Positions 43,001-45,103 of a stretch of 45,103 nt of DNA are shown piece after piece. Origin of the DNA: Mesotaenium endlicherianum. Its lineage: Eukaryota. Below the pieces are notes generated by a model. The model made no database searches. It worked only from the letters and a program-made list of their open reading frames with translations, and was not told where the DNA came from. The stretch's first letter is position 1. Every line of letters starts with the position of its first letter. Made by a program: the position numbers and the translations under genes. Where the stretch lies: the NCBI GenBank assembly GCA_009602735.1, contig WELA01001462.1, forward strand, positions 567,914 through 613,016, read 5' to 3'.

Positions 43001-44646
43001 CTCCTTGAGAGATACGGCTGCGTCTAGAGGTGCTTCAACGCTTCGTGGTCCGTACTGACCAGCACCTTGCGTCCTTCAACGTAGCAGCGCCAAACCTTCA
43101 AGGCATGTACAGTCGCCAATGCCTCTCGCTTCGTGGTTGTATGATTTTGCTCGGCCGGATTTAGCTTCCTTGACTCGTAGGCGATGGGCTGCAGTCCCTT
43201 GCCTTGGTCTTGATGCAGGATTGCTCCTATTGCATAGGAAGATGCATCAATGATGACGTGGAAGGGCCAATCTGGGTTTGGACTTGGGAGTGTGAGCACC
43301 GGGGATGTCGTCAATTTTTGTTTTAGTTGTTGGAATGCTTCCTCCTCTTTCTTGGTCCAAACATATGGCTTGTCCTTTTTCAGTGGATCCGTGAGAGGGG
43401 CTGCTATGTGCGAGAAGCTCTAGCTCCAGTACCAATTGGCAAATCCCAATAATGATTGGAGTTCTTTCTTGGTTGTGGAAGTCGGCCATTCCTCCACCAC
43501 CGTGGTCTTCTTGGGATCCATCTTGATGCCATCAGCAGTCACGTGGAGACCTAGGAACTCCACTTCTTGTTTGGCAAACTCGCACTTTGACTCCTTTGCA
43601 AATAGCTTGTTTTGCTTCAATACTTCAAGGACTTCTTTCAAGTGTCTCGCATGCTCTTCAAGGGTCTTGCTGTAGATAAGGATGTCATCGATGAATACCA
43701 CCACAAATTTGTCCAACATGGGCTGAAATATGGTGTTCATCATAGTCATGAAAGTTGCTGGCGCGTTGGTGAGTCCAAATGGCAAGACCATGAACTCAAA
43801 ATGTCCATATCTTGTCCTGAATGCCGTCTTCTCTATGTCCGGTTCTGCGATGCGAATCTGGTGGTAGCCGCTCCGTAAGTCAATCTTCGTGAAGTACTTG
43901 GCTCCAACCAGCCGGTCCATGAGCTCATCCATGCGCGGCAACAGGTATCGATTCTTGACGGTGATCTTGTTGAGGGCGCGATAGTCCACACACATCCTCA
44001 AGGCACCATCTTTCTTCTTGACAAATAGCACCGGGGCTCCAAATGGCGACTTGCTAGGTCGAATGAAGCCATGCTCCAGTAGCTCCATGATTTGCTTCTT
44101 GACNATGATTTGCTTCTTGACTTAGTCTAGCTCCATGTATGACATTTTGAACGTAGGCCGAGAGATGGGCTTGCTCCCGGACTCCAACTCTATCTTGTGG
44201 TACACGAATCTTTTGGGAGGTAGGCCCGTGGGCAATTCCGGGGAGAATACATTTTTGTAGTCCTTCAAGACTTGTTGTATCTCCTTGGAAACGGGCCTGC
44301 CTTCTTGACTCTCAATGTCTTTCTTGATGTCTTTTGGCGTGATCAAGGCCAAAAGAAGCTCGTATTCCTTCCGCACAAGTCTCTTGAGTTAGAGGGCGGA
44401 CAATAGTATCTCGTGTGCCGGCTTCTTGATGTCTTTGTGGCCCTTTTTCGTACAATAAAAGCATACTCCAGCCGTCATGAGAGCTTCTTTTTCAGCCGGG
44501 GAGAGTCTTGCTTTCACTCCTTGCTGGTTTCTTGCATCATAAGTGTCATTGGAGGGTCTTCCACTCTTCCGGGCAGCTGCGGGGTCTCTTTAAATAACTC
44601 CAATTTCCATGGGTGTGGGTCCAGATTCGGATGTGGAAGGGGCTAC
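40051..44646 (-). mobile_element. Decayed family A element (3' LTR 40051-40551, disrupted pol, gag C-terminus), interrupted at 44646
   Basis: LTR and PPT are present. pol is fragmented by stops and frameshifts, and a ~530-bp deletion at ~44436 removes the protease and the frameshift site. Left flank GCAAC. Confidence 0.93.
41317..44430 (-). pseudogene. pol: Disrupted pol (RT, RNase H, integrase, chromodomain)
   Basis: ORF fragments 41317-42771, 42796-42978, 43024-43314, 43420-44088 and 44122-44376 closely match the intact Pol. Confidence 0.93.
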
Positions 44647-44729
44647 TGAAAGGGGCAAAGTGCCCGAGTGGAGGCGTAGTAACTCACGCGGAAAGGAACT
44701 AGTTACAATCATACTAGAGAGTGCAGCGA
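44647..44729. mobile_element. Terminal 83 bp of a family C LTR inserted in the gag of the decayed A element
   Basis: Matches 3685-3765 starting exactly at its TG terminus. Confidence 0.85.
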
Positions 44730-45103
44730 TGTAATGAATCAGTATACTGGTCGATATAATATTCATTTAAATAATATAGTCAAATAAGTTCAGCCTGCTG
44801 AACTCTAGTTAACAATCAGTCTGCTGGACTTTATACTTAATATCAGTTTAATGACTTGGCCGGAAGTAGCAGGCTGAGGTCACCTTAAGTCAGCTTGCTG
44901 ACACATTCTTTGACAGCCAGCTGACTTCCGTACTCGGTAGCAGCGAACTGCCTCGATATGCATCAAAGTGTGTTATGCTAGATGAATGGCCAGATGACAT
45001 CCCTATGATGGATGGCGATTCGGGATGATGGGAGATGGCGGTGGATTTGGTTAACCGAGGTCCTACCAACGTGGTTAACTCCCGGGTAGGCGGTGCCATC
45101 GCA
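44730..45103 (+). mobile_element. Family B LTR (first 374 bp, runs off window) inserted in the family C LTR
   Basis: Starts TGTAATGAAT; reverse complement of 3182-3555; the same spurious 69-aa ORF appears in both copies. Confidence 0.88.

Noticed and set aside
44087..44121. 17-bp direct repeat around a single N, breaking pol
   Set aside because: Looks like a contig-overlap scaffolding artefact rather than a TSD or real mutation.

Overview
Eukaryotic, plant-lineage DNA; a streptophyte or green alga is my inference from the spliceosomal introns, the plant-type tomosyn and the chromoviruses. A GC-rich island holds two divergently transcribed multi-exon genes: a tomosyn/Lgl-like WD40 plus R-SNARE gene (19272-27081, -) and ABCE1/RLI1 (28196-36366, +). 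Nested transposon fields flank it on both sides. These contain one intact 6.68-kb Ty3/gypsy chromovirus (family A, 9581-16260, TSD GTCAT, predicted -1 gag-pol frameshift), a partial near-identical copy (1-2067), a decayed copy (40051-44646), two solo A LTRs, LTRs of two further families (B, C) and a hAT transposase pseudogene split by two A insertions. The most unexpected element is an intronless, prokaryote-style C5 cytosine DNA methyltransferase pseudogene (about 4660-5600) showing motifs I-IV, VI and VIII-X in order. It sits tail-to-tail with the hAT transposase and may be its cargo. A second oddity is that many host introns are C/T-rich at the 5' end and G-rich at the 3' end, lack a polypyrimidine tract, and have complementary ends.
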